A stretch of DNA of 64,000 nucleotides from Bacteroidia bacterium (GTDB taxonomy: Bacteria > Bacteroidota > Bacteroidia > NS11-12g > UBA955), in contig JBGAKR010000005.1 in NCBI GenBank assembly GCA_044224315.1, forward strand, positions 21,442 to 85,441. Reading direction: 5' to 3'. Under the pieces are notes generated by a model, which worked only from the letters and a program-made list of their open reading frames with translations, did no database searches and was not told the origin of the DNA. The translations under genes were made by a program, and so were the position numbers. This document shows positions 17,513 to 27,969 of the stretch, piece by piece (within the stretch, counting starts at the first letter, position 1; each line of letters begins with the position of its first letter).

Positions 17513-19639
17513 ATGTTTCAACTAAAACGCGCAACCGGGATTGCTTTGTTTTCTTTACTCAGCGTGGTGCTTTTATCTCATAAAAAAGACGAAGGCATGT
17601 TTCCCCTCAACTACCTGAATGAGGCCGAACTGCAAAAAGCCGGTATGAAACTTACCGTTAAAGAAATTTTCAACCCTGGCGAGATTGCTCTTACCAATGC
17701 ACTGGTAAAATTAGGTGGCTGCACTGGATCATTTATATCGGATGAAGGCCTGATAATTACCAACCACCACTGCGTTTATGGTGGTGTTTCCAACCTTAGC
17801 AATGCAGAGCACAATTATCTCGAAAACGGATTTGTAGCTGCCAACCACGAGGCCGAATTACCCATAGATATGCCTTGCCGCATTACCCAAAGCTATGAAG
17901 ATGTTTCCACACGTGTATTAAAAGGGGTGGCCGACAATATGGAACCTGCTGACCGTGCTGTAAAAATTGGAGAAAATATCAAAGCCATTATTAAAGAAGA
18001 AAAAGAAAAAACACCCGATCTTTCGGTAGAAATCAGTGAAATGTTTACAGGTAAAAGCTATACCCTGTTTCGTTATTTCCTGATTACGGATGTACGATTG
18101 GTTTTTGTTCCACCGGTAACCATAGGTCAGTTTGGTGGCGACCTCGACAACTGGGAATGGCCGCGGCACAATGGAGATTTCAGCATAGTGCGCGCTTATG
18201 TAGGAAAGGATGGCAAGCCAGCCAAATACAGCAAAAACAATATTCCCTATAAGCCAGCCAAACATTTAAAAATAAATGCCAAAGGTACCCGTGAAAATGA
18301 TTTCGTATTTATTATGGGATACCCAGGCCGCACCTTTCGCCATGAAAGTGCTCCTTACATGAAATTTCAGGAAGAATTTCAACTGCCTGAGACTCAGAAA
18401 TTCTATAAATTTCTAATAGATCAAATGCGCGAAAAAAGTGAGGGCGATACCAATAAATTTTTAGCCTTTGCAGGCAATATCCAGGGTTTGGAAAACACAG
18501 AAAAAAATTATCGTGGCAAAATCCAGGGCTTAAAACGTACCAATCTGGTAATGCGCAAGTTTGAAGATGAGGCAGCCATGGAACTAATGGTAAAAAACGA
18601 CCCTGAAATGGCTTCTTTCAAAAATGTAATTCCTGATTTAAATGCGCATTGGGCAGCAAAGCAAACAATTGCCAATGCTCGCTATAACTACAATTGGTTT
18701 TCTAATGAATGCAATCCCTTTTACGCAGCACAGGTAATATGCCTGAGTGAAGAGCAATTGGATACCGCTAAAAACAAAGCATTCAGAAATCAGGTAATAA
18801 CCCAAATGCAAAAATCCCTCACTCAGAATTACAGTATAGTGGATATCAAATACGAAAAGGCAGTGCTCATTGAAATGCTGGGAAGGATTCGAAAATTCAA
18901 TCCTGCAGTGAATAAAATTCTGGGGAAACTAAATCCTGAGCAGTGGGTAGCTAAAATCAGCTCCAAAGAAAAACTGTTTGATACATCCTGGGTGAATTCC
19001 AACATGCGAAAAAAACCCATGGCATTGGTAGAATATGAAGGGCCATTGGTGAAATTATTCGAAGCTCTGGAAAAGGATATGATTGAAAAGGAAAAATCCT
19101 GGACCGAAATTGACCTTAAAATAAAAGCCCTGATGCCTCGCTATTTGGCCATTAAACAAAAATTTAAAAACAGCCAGTTCATTCCCGATGCAAACAGTAC
19201 CTTGCGGCTTACGTATGGCTATATAAAAAGGTTTTCTCCCAATGATGCAGAAATAAACCTGCCATATACCACCTTGCGAGGGGTATTTGAAAAAGCCAAT
19301 ACCGCACCCGATTACCGCTTACCAAAAATGCAGGCCGATAATTTGCAGCCCAAAGAAATACCCGCATTTTTCAAAGACCCTGAAACGGGAGAAGTGATTG
19401 TATGTTTCTTATACAATATGGATACAACCGGCGGGAATAGTGGAAGCCCTGTGCTAGATGCCAACGGAGATCTCATTGGGGTGAACTTCGACCGCAGTTT
19501 TACCGCCACTATAAACGACTATGCCTGGAACGACAAATACAGCCGAAGCATAGGGGTAGATATTAGGTATGTGCTATATGTAATGAAATATGTGGGCAAA
19601 GCCGATCATGTGTTGGCCGAGCTCGGAGTAACACTTTAA
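17513..19639 (+). CDS. S46 family serine dipeptidyl-peptidase (DPP7/DPP11-like).
   Basis: Signal peptide. Catalytic His region GGCTGSFISDEGLIITNHHC. Catalytic Ser region TTGGNSGSPVLDANGDLIGVNFD. About 700 aa, typical of S46. ATG at 17513 (track start GTG at 17459). Confidence 0.85.
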   Translation: MFQLKRATGIALFSLLSVVLLSHKKDEGMFPLNYLNEAELQKAGMKLTVKEIFNPGEIALTNALVKLGGCTGSFISDEGLIITNHHCVYGGVSNLSNAEHNYLENGFVAANHEAELPIDMPCRITQSYEDVSTRVLKGVADNMEPADRAVKIGENIKAIIKEEKEKTPDLSVEISEMFTGKSYTLFRYFLITDVRLVFVPPVTIGQFGGDLDNWEWPRHNGDFSIVRAYVGKDGKPAKYSKNNIPYKPAKHLKINAKGTRENDFVFIMGYPGRTFRHESAPYMKFQEEFQLPETQKFYKFLIDQMREKSEGDTNKFLAFAGNIQGLENTEKNYRGKIQGLKRTNLVMRKFEDEAAMELMVKNDPEMASFKNVIPDLNAHWAAKQTIANARYNYNWFSNECNPFYAAQVICLSEEQLDTAKNKAFRNQVITQMQKSLTQNYSIVDIKYEKAVLIEMLGRIRKFNPAVNKILGKLNPEQWVAKISSKEKLFDTSWVNSNMRKKPMALVEYEGPLVKLFEALEKDMIEKEKSWTEIDLKIKALMPRYLAIKQKFKNSQFIPDANSTLRLTYGYIKRFSPNDAEINLPYTTLRGVFEKANTAPDYRLPKMQADNLQPKEIPAFFKDPETGEVIVCFLYNMDTTGGNSGSPVLDANGDLIGVNFDRSFTATINDYAWNDKYSRSIGVDIRYVLYVMKYVGKADHVLAELGVTL

Positions 19640-19836
19640 TTTTTACCGATATTTCATTGTTTTTCAACTCCTTATTTGGGGGTTGAATGCTGTATACAAG
19701 CAAAATTTAATGGTTTATTAAACCAGATATAAACTGATATAATGGTTTAGTCAATTCATACAGCCCCTTTATAAAAGGGTGTATAGACTCTTCTGAGGAT
19801 TGGATTACTTTGAATACATAAACTACCCCAAAAGCT

Positions 19837-20616
19837 ATGTTACGCACTGCATTTTTTACCGTTTCACTGAGCATGCTTGGCAGCGCATTTGCTTATGCTA
19901 CAGACGGGGTGAAACAACCCGACAATGTAGCTGTACCCGATGTAAATTGGGTGAAAACTGAAGTTAAACAGATTTTTGAAAACAAAGTAACCGGAAATGG
20001 GGAGAACATTGCCGAATTGCTGAGTATAGATTTAAACAATCTTACAGCCAGCTCTTTGGTGGTTGCCAGCGGTCATTTTACCGATAAAACTGCACGTCAG
20101 ATATTGATTACCGTGCCAGGTACTGCTAAAGGCGAGTCTGACCTGGGATGGGAAACCAACCTATGGCTGCTTGTGCAGGTAGATTCAAACAAAACCTACA
20201 AAACCATTTCCAGTATTCGGGGTGATGTAGCCTACCAAAATTCTGTTATGGATATGGATGGTGATAGTTTTGACGAGATATCTATGGTAAATCGCACCCT
20301 ATCAAATGGGGTACAACGCATAGCCTATAAATTGTTCAGCTTTAAAACCAATAGCTTGATGTATGTAAGCCAAACCGAAGACCGCTGGACTTTGAACAAG
20401 GAAAACATGCGCAAATCCCTGGTAAAAGGCGACTTATTGTACAATGTTCTCGAAAACCAATACGTAGACATTGACAATGATGGAAAACTGGAGATTGTAG
20501 AAAAGTGGATTGAATTCCGCTACAATGGCGGCAAGCGCATCAACGAAATAGAACAGAAAAAAACCATGAAAATCAGAAGCCGCATTCTTACCTTGAAAGA
20601 CGGTGTATATCAATAG
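19837..20616 (+). CDS. Hypothetical secreted protein with two DxDxDG-type putative Ca-binding loops.
   Basis: Signal peptide MLRTAFFTVSLSMLGSAFAYA. Motifs MDMDGDSFDEIS and DIDNDGKLEI (FG-GAP/EF-hand-like). Confidence 0.45.
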   Translation: MLRTAFFTVSLSMLGSAFAYATDGVKQPDNVAVPDVNWVKTEVKQIFENKVTGNGENIAELLSIDLNNLTASSLVVASGHFTDKTARQILITVPGTAKGESDLGWETNLWLLVQVDSNKTYKTISSIRGDVAYQNSVMDMDGDSFDEISMVNRTLSNGVQRIAYKLFSFKTNSLMYVSQTEDRWTLNKENMRKSLVKGDLLYNVLENQYVDIDNDGKLEIVEKWIEFRYNGGKRINEIEQKKTMKIRSRILTLKDGVYQ

Positions 20617-20653
20617 AAACAACTGCCAAACAACAACAATAAACCCTCCAACT

Positions 20654-20690
20654 GGCCGGTATTCTTTTAGAATCCGGCCTTTCTTTTTCT
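20654..20690 (+). terminator. Intrinsic terminator following 19837-20616.
   Basis: ggccggtattct-ttt-agaatccggcc hairpin followed by tttcttttt. Confidence 0.55.
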
Positions 20691-20770
20691 ATCAACTTAC
20701 CCATAAATGGGGTTTGTGACATTTGTCGCAATGTACCCTTACAAATCCGTACTTGCTTTGCAGTACAATT

Positions 20771-21052
20771 ATGAACCTCGAAACAATCGTAAAAGAACCA
20801 AACACTCAAATCATTGATGTTCGCACTCCAGCTGAGTTTGCAGGTGGCAGTGTTTTTGGAGCTGTAAATATTCCGTTAAACGAAATTCCGGACCACCTCG
20901 ATCAATTTAAACTATCTGAAAATCCGATTGTGTTTTGTTGTGCCAGCGGAATGCGCAGTGGCCAGGCCACCGGATTTTTACAAGCAAATGGATTTAAAAA
21001 TGCATTCAATGGCGGTCCCTGGACCGATGTGAACTACTTAAAAAATAAATAA
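20771..21052 (+). CDS. Single-domain rhodanese-like sulfurtransferase.
   Basis: Active-site loop CCASGMRSGQA (CX5 with Cys). Rhodanese fold (IIDVRTPAEFAGG...NIPL). ATG at 20771. Confidence 0.8.
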   Translation: MNLETIVKEPNTQIIDVRTPAEFAGGSVFGAVNIPLNEIPDHLDQFKLSENPIVFCCASGMRSGQATGFLQANGFKNAFNGGPWTDVNYLKNK

Positions 21053-21055
21053 AAA

Positions 21056-21364
21056 ATGGGAATACTAGGAAAATTATTTGGCCTTGGGCCAAAGGCTGAT
21101 TTAGGCCAAATGGTATTGGATGGCGCTGTAATAGTAGATGTGCGTACCAAGGGGGAGTTTCAACAGGGGCATGTAAAAGGCTCCGTTAATATTCCGCTGG
21201 ATCAACTGGATAAGGGCATGTCTAAACTGAATAAAAACAAACCTGTAATTACCTGCTGTGCGAGTGGAATGCGCAGTGCTGCAGCAAAAAGCAAACTAAA
21301 AGCTGCGGGTTTTGTGGTAGAAAACGGTGGCAGTTGGGTAAATCTGCGCAAGTACGAAAAATAA
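21056..21364 (+). CDS. Second single-domain rhodanese-like sulfurtransferase; a tandem paralog.
   Basis: Active-site loop CCASGMRSAAA. VIVDVRTKGEFQQGHVKGSVNIPL. Confidence 0.8.
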   Translation: MGILGKLFGLGPKADLGQMVLDGAVIVDVRTKGEFQQGHVKGSVNIPLDQLDKGMSKLNKNKPVITCCASGMRSAAAKSKLKAAGFVVENGGSWVNLRKYEK

Positions 21365-21606
21365 TGTGGGCCTATTTAAAACAATGGAATCTGCTGCGCG
21401 TATTGCGGCTGGGCATCGGAATCAGTTTTATGGTTTCGGCCTATGCCGATAAGCAGGGTTTGTTCTATGCAATTCTCGGCGGATTATTTGTTTTTCAGGC
21501 TGTAACCAATACCGGCTGTGGATTTGGAAGTTGTGCCACCCGCACTTGCAGTGTACCTGCGCAAAATACCGAATCTGCTCCGGTACAATTCGAAGAAATA
21601 AAATGA
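21364..21606 (+). CDS. DUF2892 (YgaP C-terminal-like) small membrane protein.
   Basis: ATG at 21364 overlaps the rhodanese stop (TAATG). Hydrophobic LRLGIGISFMVSAY and the motif TGCGFGSCATRTC typical of DUF2892. In YgaP-type proteins this domain is fused to rhodanese. Confidence 0.55.
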   Translation: MWAYLKQWNLLRVLRLGIGISFMVSAYADKQGLFYAILGGLFVFQAVTNTGCGFGSCATRTCSVPAQNTESAPVQFEEIK

Positions 21607-21899
21607 GCCATTTTAATGAAATAATAAATGGAGATTTACCCGTGTTGGTAGATTTTTCGGCCGAATGGTGCGGCCCCTGTAAAGCCATGGCACCCATACT
21701 GAAAGATTTGAAATCTGCCACTGGCGACAAATTAAAAGTACTAAAGGTAGATGTTGACCAAAACCAGGCATTTGCAGCTTCCATGCAAATTTCTGGGGTA
21801 CCTACCCTGGTGTTGTATAAAGCAGGTAAAATAGTATGGCGCCAATCAGGTGTAGTGCCGTTACACTCGTTAAAAGAAATCGTAAATAAATATATCTGA
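21603..21899 (+). CDS. trxA: Thioredoxin.
   Basis: WCGPCK active site. About 98 aa Trx fold. ATG at 21603. Confidence 0.9.
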   Translation: MSHFNEIINGDLPVLVDFSAEWCGPCKAMAPILKDLKSATGDKLKVLKVDVDQNQAFAASMQISGVPTLVLYKAGKIVWRQSGVVPLHSLKEIVNKYI

Positions 21900-21918
21900 A
21901 TAGAAAATCTTAAAACAT

Positions 21919-21947
21919 AAAAAAAGCGCCAAAAGGCGCTTTTTTTT
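21919..21947. terminator. Bidirectional intrinsic terminator between trxA (+) and rplQ (-).
   Basis: A-run, then agcgcc-aaaa-ggcgct hairpin, then a T8 run. Confidence 0.65.
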
Positions 21948-21966
21948 ATTTTAAAATCAAATTTGT

Positions 21967-22611
21967 TTAGGCTTTGTCTTCGCTGTCGGTATTCTCAGCT
22001 TCGGTAGCATCGGCTGCCGAAGTTTCAACATTCTCAGCGGTTTCGGTAGCTACTACTTCTTCAGCAGCGGCTACTTCTTCAACCACAGGGGCTGCAACTT
22101 CTTCAACAACCGGAGCTGCTACTTCTTCAACTTTCGGTGCAGCTGCTTTCTTTTCAGCTTTAGGCGCAGCAGCAGTATCGGCAGCTTTGCCACGACCACG
22201 GCGGGTACGTTTTGAAGTTGCTTTGCTGTCTTTGCCAAATCCGGTAAAGAATTCGTTGAAATCCACCAGTTCAATCATCGCCATATCGGCATTGTCACCG
22301 GCGCGGTTTCCAACTTTCAGTATGCGGGTATATCCACCTGGACGCGTTGCGATTTTTTCGCTAACGTTGGTAAACAGTTCAGTAACCGCTTCTTTATCTT
22401 TCAGGTAAGAAAACACGGTGCGGTAGTTATGGGTAGATTTGTCCTTGCTTTTGGTAATCAAGGGTTCTACAAACATGCGCAGTGCTTTAGCCTTAGCAAC
22501 GGTGGTAGTAATTTTTTTATGTTTAATCAGGGAAGAAGCCATATTCGCCATCAGGGCTTTTCTGTGGTTGGCTTTACGACCCAAATGGTTTAGTTTGTTA
22601 CCGTGTCTCAT
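21967..22611 (-). CDS. rplQ: 50S ribosomal protein L17 with a long A/E/V/K-rich C-terminal extension.
   Basis: N-terminal [24 protein letters not shown]... matches the L17 signature. The C-terminal tail contains tandem AAPVVEEV repeats. Confidence 0.9.
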   Translation of the reverse strand: MRHGNKLNHLGRKANHRKALMANMASSLIKHKKITTTVAKAKALRMFVEPLITKSKDKSTHNYRTVFSYLKDKEAVTELFTNVSEKIATRPGGYTRILKVGNRAGDNADMAMIELVDFNEFFTGFGKDSKATSKRTRRGRGKAADTAAAPKAEKKAAAPKVEEVAAPVVEEVAAPVVEEVAAAEEVVATETAENVETSAADATEAENTDSEDKA

Positions 22612-22616
22612 CTCAA

Positions 22617-23609
22617 TTAATCGTCGTTCAGGTTATATTTATTTACGTCCATACCAAAATGCATTCCTTTGTCGCGAACGAATTCTTCAAGCTCAGACAG
22701 TGATTTTTTACCAAAGTTTCTGAACTTCAATAAATCATCAATCTGGTAGCTTACCAATTCGCCAAGGGTGCGGATTTCGGCTGCTTTCAAGCAATTGTAG
22801 GCACGAACAGAAAGATCCAGGTCGGCCAGAGGGGTTTTCAGGATTTTGCGCATTTGCAGGAATCCTTCATCCACTTCTTCAACGGCTTTAGAAGCGCGAG
22901 ATTCGGGCATAATGTTTTCGTCGCTAAACAATACAAAATGCTGAATCAGAATTTTTGCAGCTTCTTTCAAGGCTTCTTCAGGGTGAATGCTACCATCGGT
23001 AGACACTTCCATCACAAGTTTCTCGTAATCTGTTCTTTGTTCCACACGGAAATCTTCGATGGTGTATTTCACGTTGCGGATTGGGGTGTAGATACTATCG
23101 ATTGGAATTAATCCAATGGCAGCATCTTTCACTTTATTTTCCTCGGCAGGAACATAACCACGGCCTTTACCAACGGTTAATTCAAGCTCAAGATTCAGGG
23201 TTGGTTCCAGGTTGCAGATTACCAGCTCGGGGTTGAGGATGGTAAATGCATTTGTATAGCGACCGATATCACCAGCCAGGAATTGATCCTTGCCTTTTAC
23301 GCTGATATAGATTTTTTCGCTGTCCTCGGTGGAGGTGTTGGATTTGAAACGCACCTGTTTCAGATTCAGCACTATTTCAACCACGTCTTCCACTACACCT
23401 TTGATGGTAGAGAATTCGTGATCGACACCCTGTATTTTTACAGAGGTAATGGCATAGCCTTCCAAAGAAGAAAGTAAAATTCTTCTCATGGCATTGCCAA
23501 TGGTAACTCCATAGCCTTTTTCCAGCGGAGAAAATTCGAATACTCCGTGAAAATCGGTGGCTTTGTTCATTACCACTTTATTAGGTTTTTGAAACGGTAT
23601 AACGCCCAT
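22617..23609 (-). CDS. rpoA: DNA-directed RNA polymerase alpha subunit.
   Basis: 330 aa. N-terminal assembly domain and C-terminal alpha-CTD ([22 protein letters not shown]). Canonical position after rpsD. Confidence 0.95.
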   Translation of the reverse strand: MGVIPFQKPNKVVMNKATDFHGVFEFSPLEKGYGVTIGNAMRRILLSSLEGYAITSVKIQGVDHEFSTIKGVVEDVVEIVLNLKQVRFKSNTSTEDSEKIYISVKGKDQFLAGDIGRYTNAFTILNPELVICNLEPTLNLELELTVGKGRGYVPAEENKVKDAAIGLIPIDSIYTPIRNVKYTIEDFRVEQRTDYEKLVMEVSTDGSIHPEEALKEAAKILIQHFVLFSDENIMPESRASKAVEEVDEGFLQMRKILKTPLADLDLSVRAYNCLKAAEIRTLGELVSYQIDDLLKFRNFGKKSLSELEEFVRDKGMHFGMDVNKYNLNDD

Positions 23610-23631
23610 GTTGTTTTTCTGGTTATTAGGT

Positions 23632-24237
23632 TTATTTACTGTACAATTCCACGATCAGTTGTTCCTTGATATTTTCAGGAATCTCATCGCGCTGAGGATA
23701 GGTAAGGAAAGTACCGGAAAGGTTATTTCCGTCCCAGTCCAGCCAGTTGAAGCGTTTGCGGGTGCCACTCACGCTGTTTTGAATTACCTCAAGGGTTTGA
23801 GATTTTTCGCGTACAGCTACCACATCGCCGGGGCGAAGGGTATAGCTTGGAATATTCACCACTTCACCATTTACGGTGATATGACGGTGACCCACAAGTT
23901 GGCGGGCTCCACGGCGGGTTGGGGCTATTCCCAAACGGAAAACAGTATTATCCAGGCGGGCTTCCAGAAATTTCAACAGGTTTTCACCGGTGATTCCTTT
24001 TTTAGAAGCTGCTTTGGTAAACACGTTTCTGAATTGTTTTTCCAACAATCCGTAGGTGTATTTCGCTTTTTGCTTTTCAGCCAGCTGAATTGCGTATTCA
24101 GACTGTTTGGGTTTACGACGTGAATTGCCGTGTATTCCCGGACCATAATTCTTTTTCTCAAGCGCTTTATCGCGTCCGAAAATTGGTTCACGGAAACGAC
24201 GGGCGATTTTGGAAGTTGGGCCTGTATATCTTGCCAT
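23632..24237 (-). CDS. rpsD: 30S ribosomal protein S4.
   Basis: [15 protein letters not shown]... S4 N-terminus. 201 aa. Confidence 0.95.
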   Translation of the reverse strand: MARYTGPTSKIARRFREPIFGRDKALEKKNYGPGIHGNSRRKPKQSEYAIQLAEKQKAKYTYGLLEKQFRNVFTKAASKKGITGENLLKFLEARLDNTVFRLGIAPTRRGARQLVGHRHITVNGEVVNIPSYTLRPGDVVAVREKSQTLEVIQNSVSGTRKRFNWLDWDGNNLSGTFLTYPQRDEIPENIKEQLIVELYSK

Positions 24238-24257
24238 TTCTTTTTCTCTTTATTTAA

Positions 24258-24644
24258 TTAAACCCTGCGGCGTTTTGGTGGGCGACATCCGTTGTGTGGC
24301 AATGGGGTATTATCGGTGATTGACAATACTTCGATACCTACGGTTTGAAGATTACGAATTGCGCTATCGCGTCCGCCTCCTGGTCCTTTAACAAACACAT
24401 CAACTTTGCGCAAACCAGCATCAAATGCCACTTTTGCACAGTCGAGTGATGCCATCTGGGCTGCATAGGGAGTGTTCTTTTTAGAACCCCTGAAGCCCAT
24501 TTTACCGGCTGAAGACCAGGATATCACCTGTCCTTCAATATTTGTCACGGAAACAATGATATTGTTAAAGGTGGCACGAATATGCACCTGTCCGTGTGGA
24601 TCTACTTTTACTTTTTTCTTTTGAACCTTCTTTTGGTTAGCCAT
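24258..24644 (-). CDS. rpsK: 30S ribosomal protein S11.
   Basis: Typical S11 sequence ([21 protein letters not shown]..., PYAAQ). 128 aa. Confidence 0.95.
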   Translation of the reverse strand: MANQKKVQKKKVKVDPHGQVHIRATFNNIIVSVTNIEGQVISWSSAGKMGFRGSKKNTPYAAQMASLDCAKVAFDAGLRKVDVFVKGPGGGRDSAIRNLQTVGIEVLSITDNTPLPHNGCRPPKRRRV

Positions 24645-24666
24645 TATACTCTTTAACCTTTATGGA

Positions 24667-25044
24667 TTATTTGGTAGCTTTTTTCTTACCTGCAACAGTT
24701 TTGCGCTTGCCTTTTCTGGTGCGTGCGTTGGTGCTTGTGCGTTGTCCGCGAACAGGCAGTCCTTTACGGTGACGCAAACCACGGTAACAACCGATGTCCA
24801 TCAGACGTTTGATATTGAGCTGCTTTTCGCTGCGCAATTCACCCTCTGTTTTCAGTTGTTCGGTGATATATCCCCTGATTTTTGACAGTTCGTCATCATC
24901 CCACTCACTTACTTTCTTATCATGGCTGATGCCAGATGAATCAAGTATTTGACCAGCGGTACTTCTTCCAATACCGTATATATAGGTAAGGCCTATTACG
25001 CCACGTTTGTTTTTCGGTAAATCTATACCAGCAATCCTTGCCAT
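24667..25044 (-). CDS. rpsM: 30S ribosomal protein S13.
   Basis: [26 protein letters not shown]. Confidence 0.95.
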   Translation of the reverse strand: MARIAGIDLPKNKRGVIGLTYIYGIGRSTAGQILDSSGISHDKKVSEWDDDELSKIRGYITEQLKTEGELRSEKQLNIKRLMDIGCYRGLRHRKGLPVRGQRTSTNARTRKGKRKTVAGKKKATK

Positions 25045-25050
25045 GTTTTA

Positions 25051-25167
25051 TTAACCTTGTCTTTGCTTATATTTTGGGTTCTTTTTGTTAATAACATACA
25101 CCTTACCCTTGCGGCGTACGATCTTGCAGTCTACACTGCGTTTTTTTACTGCTGTTCTTACTTTCAT
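25051..25167 (-). CDS. rpmJ: 50S ribosomal protein L36. Not in the supplied ORF track; found by manual translation.
   Basis: The minus-strand translation gives [38 protein letters not shown] (38 aa), with the L36 consensus and the expected position between infA and rpsM. Confidence 0.85.
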   Translation of the reverse strand: MKVRTAVKKRSVDCKIVRRKGKVYVINKKNPKYKQRQG

Positions 25168-25174
25168 GTCTTTA

Positions 25175-25393
25175 TTACTTGTATCTGTAGGCGATTCGTC
25201 CGCGGCTCAGGTCATATGGAGACATCTCCACTTGCACCTTATCACCGGGTAGAATCCGTATGTAATGCATTCTCATTTTGCCGGAAATTGTCGCAATTAT
25301 CTCGTGACCGTTTTCTAACGTTACACGGAACATGGCGTTCGACAAGGCTTCCTTGATTACACCATCTTGTTTTATTGCGTCTTGTTTCGACAT
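25175..25393 (-). CDS. infA: Translation initiation factor IF-1.
   Basis: 72-aa S1-like OB fold. [31 protein letters not shown]. Confidence 0.95.
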   Translation of the reverse strand: MSKQDAIKQDGVIKEALSNAMFRVTLENGHEIIATISGKMRMHYIRILPGDKVQVEMSPYDLSRGRIAYRYK

Positions 25394-25427
25394 TTTTAAA
25401 AGGGCTGCAAAATTAGTACTTTTTTAC

Positions 25428-26795
25428 TTAATAGTCAACCTGACTATAAGCGTTTGTCATCCGACCCTTTAATTTACCTCCTCCACTCATCAATCCGTCG
25501 TATTTTCTCATCAACAAATAGCTGTCTATCTGTTGCAATGTATCTAATACTACGCCTACCAGAATCAGCAAGCTGGTTCCGCCGAAGAACTGGCTAAACT
25601 CCTGATTTACACCCATAGAGGTTGCAAATACAGGCAGCACAGCTACCACCGAAATAAAGATGGCTCCGGGCAGGGTAATCTTGCTAATTACGTCATCAAT
25701 GAAGTTTGCAGTTTGCTTACCTGGTTTTATTCCGGGAATAAAACCGTTGTTGCGTTTCATATCGTCTGCCATTTGTACCGGATTAAAAATAATAGCCGTG
25801 TAGAAATAGGTAAACAATACGATCAGGAAAATCAGCAGCGCGTTGTGCCAAAATCCGTTAGGGTTCATCATACTCTGCAGCCAGGCAGGGGCAGTATCAC
25901 CGTAGAAGCTACCAATTGTGGCAGGCAAAAACAAGATAGCCTGGGCAAAAATGATTGGCATTACACCCGCTGCCAGAATTTTAATTGGCAGGTATTGGCG
26001 TACTCCACCATATTGGCGGTTGCCAACTACTCTTTTTGCATAGTTGATGGTTATTTTTCGAGTACCCTGAGTAAGGAGAATAACCCCTAATACTACCAGG
26101 AACCAGATTACAATCTCAATCAGGAACATGATAAAGCCAGCGCGCTGACCTTTGAAAGCAATTTCAGATATCAAAGCACCTGGGAGGCGGGCAATAATAC
26201 CAACCATAATGAGCAGGGAAATACCATTGCCCAATCCGCGGTCGGTAATCCTCTCTCCCATCCACATGGTAAACATGGTACCGGCAGTTAGCAAAACGAT
26301 GTTCACAATCAGGAACATGCCTTTGGAAAGCACTTCGGGATTAGAGTTAAACAACAAGGCATCCTGGTTTCCGGGAGTGCCGATGATATTGTTTAAATAT
26401 CCGAAAGCTTGCACTGCAGTAAACGCAATGGTAAGTATGCGGGTGTATTGATTGATTTTGCGGCGGCCTTCTTCACCTTCTTTTTGCATGCGCTGGAAAG
26501 CAGGAATCGCTATAGATACCAGCTGCATAAAGATCGACGCAGAGATATATGGCATAATACCCAAGGCCAAAATGGCTCCACGGGCAAATGCACCTCCGGC
26601 GAAGGTATTGATAAGACCAAGAATATTATTTTTGGTTTGACGAGAAAGGCCTTCCAGCAATTCGCTATCAATACCGGGTAGGATTACAAATGAACCCAAG
26701 CGGTAAATAACCAACAAAATAATGGTATAGAGGATTCTTCTACGAAGTTCCTCTATAGACCAGATATTCCTGAGTTTTTCCAGAAGTTTCTTCAT
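25428..26795 (-). CDS. secY: Preprotein translocase subunit SecY.
   Basis: 455 aa, 10 TM helices, canonical position after rplO. No map gene lies between secY and infA. Confidence 0.95.
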   Translation of the reverse strand: MKKLLEKLRNIWSIEELRRRILYTIILLVIYRLGSFVILPGIDSELLEGLSRQTKNNILGLINTFAGGAFARGAILALGIMPYISASIFMQLVSIAIPAFQRMQKEGEEGRRKINQYTRILTIAFTAVQAFGYLNNIIGTPGNQDALLFNSNPEVLSKGMFLIVNIVLLTAGTMFTMWMGERITDRGLGNGISLLIMVGIIARLPGALISEIAFKGQRAGFIMFLIEIVIWFLVVLGVILLTQGTRKITINYAKRVVGNRQYGGVRQYLPIKILAAGVMPIIFAQAILFLPATIGSFYGDTAPAWLQSMMNPNGFWHNALLIFLIVLFTYFYTAIIFNPVQMADDMKRNNGFIPGIKPGKQTANFIDDVISKITLPGAIFISVVAVLPVFATSMGVNQEFSQFFGGTSLLILVGVVLDTLQQIDSYLLMRKYDGLMSGGGKLKGRMTNAYSQVDY

Positions 26796-26799
26796 GCTG

Positions 26800-27249
26800 T
26801 TAAGCGATCAGATTAGCAGATCCTCCGGCTTTTTCGATGGCAGCCTTAGCTGTATCGCTGAATTTGTGTGCGTGCACTTCGATGGCAGATTTGATTTCGC
26901 CACGGCCCAGAACTTTTACCATTTCTCTTTTACCAACCAGGTGTTTTTGCACCAGGGTAGCGTGATCGATTTTGGTAGTATTAAGGCTGTCGGCCAAACC
27001 CTGAAGCACATCCAGGTTAATGGCGGCATATTCCACACGGTTGATATTTTTAAATCCACCTTTAGGAATGCGGCGTTGAAGTGGCATCTGACCACCTTCA
27101 AAACCGATTTTACGGCTATAACCGGTTCTGGATTGGGCACCTTTATGACCTTTGGTAGATGTACCACCACGGCCAGAGCCTTGTCCGCGACCTATTCTTT
27201 TTCTCTTTTTTACCGAGCCATCGGCTGGTTTGAGGTTACTTAAGTCCAT
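26800..27249 (-). CDS. rplO: 50S ribosomal protein L15.
   Basis: KRIGRGQGSGRGGTSTKGHKG motif. Confidence 0.95.
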   Translation of the reverse strand: MDLSNLKPADGSVKKRKRIGRGQGSGRGGTSTKGHKGAQSRTGYSRKIGFEGGQMPLQRRIPKGGFKNINRVEYAAINLDVLQGLADSLNTTKIDHATLVQKHLVGKREMVKVLGRGEIKSAIEVHAHKFSDTAKAAIEKAGGSANLIA

Positions 27250-27250
27250 T

Positions 27251-27433
27251 TTAATCTGCGTTTTCTACTTTTAACAAATGGTTAACAACATTAATCATGC
27301 CCTGCACCTGAGGATTCACCTCATGCACGCGGGAAGAGTTCATTTTACGCAGTCCAAGGGCCTCAAGCGTAGCTTTTTGGTTTTTGGGGCGTCCAATTCC
27401 ACTTTTAACGAGGGTCAATTTCACTTTTGCCAT
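27251..27433 (-). CDS. rpmD: 50S ribosomal protein L30.
   Basis: MAKVKLTLVKSGIGRPKNQKATLEALGLRK. Confidence 0.9.
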   Translation of the reverse strand: MAKVKLTLVKSGIGRPKNQKATLEALGLRKMNSSRVHEVNPQVQGMINVVNHLLKVENAD

Positions 27434-27438
27434 ATCTC

Positions 27439-27957
27439 TTATCCGTTAAAAACTTTTTTAAGGTCAATTCCGCGGGTTTGAGCCACAGTATAAGGATCTC
27501 TCATTTTGATCAATGCATCGAAGGTAGCTTTAACCACGTTGTGGGGGTTAGAGGAACCTTTTGATTTGGCCAATACATCGGTTACACCGGCACTTTCCAA
27601 AACCGCGCGCATTGCACCACCGGCGATTACACCAGTACCGTGGGCTGCAGGTTTGAGGAAAATATTGCCGCCACCGAATTTACCAATTTGCTCATGGGGT
27701 ACGGTACCGTTGATAACTGGCACGCGTATCAGATTTTTCTTTGCATCCTCAATGCCTTTATTGATTGCATCAATAACCTCATTGGATTTGCCAAGACCAT
27801 GACCAACGGTTCCGCCGCCATCGCCTACTACCACCAGGGCAGTAAAGCTAAAGGTACGACCACCTTTGGTAACTTTGGCAACACGGTTAATTGCAACTAC
27901 CTTTTCTTTCAGGGTAATTTCACCGGGCCTTACTCTCTTTATGTTTGCGTTAGACAT
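27439..27957 (-). CDS. rpsE: 30S ribosomal protein S5.
   Basis: dsRBD plus S5 C-terminal domain. [17 protein letters not shown]. Confidence 0.95.
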   Translation of the reverse strand: MSNANIKRVRPGEITLKEKVVAINRVAKVTKGGRTFSFTALVVVGDGGGTVGHGLGKSNEVIDAINKGIEDAKKNLIRVPVINGTVPHEQIGKFGGGNIFLKPAAHGTGVIAGGAMRAVLESAGVTDVLAKSKGSSNPHNVVKATFDALIKMRDPYTVAQTRGIDLKKVFNG

Positions 27958-27969
27958 CTTGATTTATAA

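Noticed and set aside
19762-19782. A CCCTTT-ATAA-AAGGG hairpin downstream of the S46 peptidase.
   Set aside because: It is not followed by a U-run and lies 125 nt from the stop. It is not convincing as a terminator.
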